This document shows, piece after piece, positions 63,097 through 64,000 of a DNA stretch of 64,000 nucleotides. Within the stretch, counting starts at the first letter, position 1. Every line of letters begins with the position of its first letter. Position numbers and translations under genes: made by a program. Source of the DNA: Gnetum montanum (lineage: Eukaryota > Plantae > Gnetophyta); assembly GCA_015680685.1 (NCBI GenBank), contig MNCI01000326.1:6414-70413 (forward strand), read 5' to 3'. The notes under the pieces are model-generated. The model did not search any database. It was given only the letters and a program-made list of their open reading frames with translations, and was not told the DNA's origin.

Positions 63097-63810
63097 AGCT
63101 TGTTGGTTGGACCTATTTTCAATGAAGTCGAAGTGAAATTTGGTTGATATTTGGAACAACATGATGAAAAAGTGCTAGAAATTGCCTAACAAGATTATAA
63201 AATGTTGAGTAAAAGTGCAAATTCTAGCAAGTGGAATCTATAAAAGGCTAGAAAAAGGTAAAAATGGCTAAAAATAGGTGATTGGCTATAAATAGTAATT
63301 AGCTATTAAAAGGGGTATACCCACTTTACTAAAAATGGAAAACTATGGGTATCAAATCCCAACCATGCTAAACTGGTAGCCACACCAATGCTGAGAAGAA
63401 AAATTGGAATGAAAGGATGTAAGATGGGGAGATCTCACATCTTTCTTAGTAATGTTGGTGGAAAGGGGTCTACTTTTGGAAGTTAAGTTTTGTTGCTAAA
63501 ATGAAGCAGAAATGGGTTTTGGTAAGGTTATCAATGCTGAGAAGGAAAATTTTGGTAACAAAAAAAAAGGAAATGGTTTTACCAAGACAAAAAAACCTAT
63601 ATTTGACCTTGAAATTCATAGTAGGTGTTGTGAAAATCTAAAATCCAAACACTTGCAACTTCCATGCTGAGCTTTTTGTTGCAAGGGTATGAGTGGTAGC
63701 ATTGTTTATTGTAAAGATTTAATAAAAATTGCCAAAGAAATTGTAGATTTTGAAAAGGTATGCAACGTTGGCAATGGGGCATATAGGATTGGATAGAGAA
63801 ATTGGGTAGA

Positions 63811-63826
63811 GGCCCTCCTAATGCCA
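63811..63826 (-). other. PBS of FG (tRNA-Asn type)
   Basis: TGGCATTAGGAGGGCC next to the LTR end. Confidence 0.65.
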
Positions 63827-63832
63827 AAAAAT

Positions 63833-64000
63833 TGTAGCAACCAAAAACATTGATTTTTAAAGAAACTGAGAGATTCCTAATGTAACAGCCTCAAACCTAG
63901 ATCCCAAGGGCTTTCATAGAAAAAATAGCATCTGAGGTGCCCAAGATGGTCTAGAAAATCACCCAAGGCCTTTAAAGAGGGAGAAACATGATAATAAAAT
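63833..64000 (-). repeat. Element FG 5' LTR (3' end; continues beyond window)
   Basis: Ends ...GCTACA before the PBS; similar to 45845-45940. Confidence 0.7.

Noticed and set aside
63881-63890. LTR start at tgtaacagcc
   Set aside because: Similarity to the E LTR extends further left, and the PBS places the boundary at 63833.

Overview
This is AT-rich, strongly CpG/CHG-depleted plant heterochromatin, probably from a gymnosperm (inferred from TatII-type elements). It consists almost entirely of nested, decayed Ty3/gypsy LTR retrotransposons, and I found no intact host gene. Reconstructed layout: (Z) a truncated Tat pol, + strand, 1-2373, with aRH upstream of RT. A degenerate, intron-containing MULE/SWIM DDE transposase (~3470-4147 plus 27178-28620) is split by (A), a minus-strand Tat element at 4148-27172 (2.7-kb LTRs, TSD GAAAG). 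A is itself split inside its integrase by (B), an Athila-like element at 9293-21690. An unexplained AT-rich tract covers ~28.6-33 kb. (FG) is a minus-strand Tat/Ogre-like element from ~33 kb to beyond 64 kb. Its gag is interrupted at a single 5-bp site by two back-to-back elements: (D), a younger non-autonomous + strand element at 37151-45812 (TSD ACAGG), and (E), an older minus-strand element at ~45818-61037. The most striking feature is in the E/FG family: gag-protease ends at a conserved stop and, in E, is separated from RT-RH-aRH-INT by a ~7-kb spacer. That spacer holds an antisense, intron-containing accessory gene (weakly PMD-like) and a ~180-bp-period array of ~17 hairpin-bearing units built on a motif that also recurs in the LTRs. 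All alignments and translations were done by eye, so boundaries without a TSD are approximate.
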